Shown piece by piece: positions 62,126-64,000 of a stretch of 64,000 bases of DNA. Every line of letters starts with the position of its first letter. Positions within the stretch are counted from its first letter, which is position 1. The notes beneath the pieces were generated by a model. The model did no database searches. It saw nothing but the letters and a program-made list of their open reading frames with translations, and was not told the origin of the DNA. Source of the DNA: Phoronis australis (Eukaryota > Animalia > Phoronida); the NCBI GenBank assembly GCA_002633005.1, contig NMRA01000032.1, forward strand, positions 476,911 through 540,910, read 5' to 3'. The position numbers and the translations under genes are program-made.

Positions 62126-64000
62126 CCAGGTTGGATCAAAAATGTTGCCATTGTAACTGCTTTACAATTTCACACAAAATTAAATAATTACTATTTCTAG
62201 AAAGCAAGGGTGTATACATGTATATTTATATAATAATTATTGATTTGTACAGAGCTGCGTCGTTATTTCTCATTCCTAGCCATAACAATGCTTTAAACGC
62301 ATCACTTGTCTGCAAAATATGCAAGTTATTTGAGACAACTTTAAACCTTTGCTACTCATTTTCAACCCAATTTTGATACTTTCAGCAATTATAAACACCG
62401 ATTACAGAATCATGGGACTGTCAAGCACACTTCTGGTCTAAGGCTGAGGGAACCGTTTCTCAGATTTTTTATTTTTCTTCTAATAGAGGATATGACATTT
62501 CAAGGCTTGAGTTGAGACTGCTTAGTTGTTGAGAATTCAGAGAATGCAATATATTTTTACGCCTTTATAATGGATACCAAAACAGTTTCATGAAACGTGA
62601 AACAACTTCATGAAGGTTAAGAATTACTTCACCATGCTCTTTCCCCCGAACACTATTACCTGTTATTTCCACACATTCAGTTGCTGCAACGCACGAAATT
62701 TTACAACCCCAACACCCTATGCCAACCTCCCGTTAAGGACCTGAATAAGTAAATTAATAAAAAAACTTACATACCTTTCTTTAAAAATAGCTGACCATTT
62801 TTCAGAGGCTTTGTTCTTTGTTTCCGATATAGAAAGTAGGGGCTTTGACAACAAATCTGCACTGGATAGAAAGATCTTCCTGGTTAACTGCGAGCAGTCA
62901 ACTGCTTAAAACCAATTTTTGTCCATTCAGGGACGGTTGTAGAAGTAATGCATATCTCCTCTACACGGTACTAGCCCAAAAACCTAAAAACCAAAGGTCA
63001 GGTGAAAACAGACATGATATATTTCCATGCCAACGTGTAATAGATTTCCGGACGACATGGGATAGGGAGTAAACAAATAGTCTAATGGATATTTGTCACG
63101 TACCCTTTGGGGCTTAATTTGGGCTTGGATTGTGATCTTACTTCTCTAACAAACATCGAGTTGACATCATAAACATTCAGCATTCATTGATATAGCTATT
63201 ACTGATAAACCTGTTTGAAATCATTCCAAACTTTAATAATACTGCTTTGATATACGAAAATATCCCGAATGCTACGTCAAGTATTGTAACGCACATCAGT
63301 CATCACAACAAACAATGATTTACCGACTGGCGACTGCAGCGAAGTCGACATCGTCCAGTACTTAAATTAACAAGTATCAGTATTGTAAACATGGAATAAT
63401 CGTTAAAATAATCACAAACCTTACTTTTGTATAAGGTCATGCTTACGTCCTCTCACAGAAGCACCCTTTTCACGCAATCTCAGGTTCAGTTGGCACGGCT
63501 GCAAGTCATTTCATCATGTATTTAAAGGGCTCGCGAAACCGAGGCTGCTTAATCTGTCATCACTAGTACAGGCGCGCCCTCTAGTAAGGTAAAGATTGTC
63601 GAATAGCCCCATTACTACACATTTTATCCCCCCTCATATTATGTGCCCCCATCGACAACCCCTCTCATTTTCTTGACCTTTCAAAGTCCACTGGTGTACT
63701 GACATCATCTTTATGTCCAGCACATTACCGCACTAACGACAGCTAGCCTGAACAGAGACAGTCCAAAATTAAGTAGTTTGCTCAAGGAACGTCACCAATT
63801 GACCTATACATGTAGCTAGGATTTTGAGTGACGGCTTAACTGACCAATCAGAACGCAGCATTATTAACACATCTTCTTTTCCAAGCCGCCATTTTACCCG
63901 ACAAAAACACGTTGCCGGGTAAAACTTATGGTTTGTTTGTCGACTTTTCGCAAGGGGCGGAGCTTGCGATAGCTCCATTAGAAACATCGCCGACGTAAGG

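Larger units (their letters stand above)
59848..63610. mobile_element. Degraded ISL2EU-like (PIF/Harbinger-related) DNA transposon
   Basis: TIR ggggctattcgac / gtcgaatagcccc with AT on both sides. It holds a plus-strand THAP remnant and convergent minus-strand SAP and YqaJ remnants. Confidence 0.78.

Overview
Eukaryotic, AT-rich, intron- and transposon-rich DNA, most consistent with an invertebrate animal. There are three host genes. (1) A minus-strand single-coding-exon gene (1998-2564) fuses a TRIM-type C3HC4 RING finger to a ubiquitin-like domain that keeps the LRLRGG end plus a short tail. (2,3) Two tandem plus-strand paralogous secreted astacin metalloproteases (signal-propeptide-astacin-EGF-CUB-TSP1) span 11910-33528 and 36653-59745; I traced their exons by GT-AG sites and phase. 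Introns and flanks hold many mobile elements: a Penelope-like retroelement with inverted arms and hammerhead-like motifs, two inverted Kolobok-like TTAA elements flanking the catalytic exons of paralog 2, a degraded ISL2EU-like transposon, a Helentron-associated element with a higher-order satellite, a 5-bp-TSD hAT-like element, LINE fragments, tRNA-derived sequences and MITEs. A ~0.9 kb duplication around an 'n' at 6818 is probably a haplotype-overlap assembly artefact. The RING-ubiquitin fusion is the most intriguing candidate. All calls come from reading the sequence; no searches were run.
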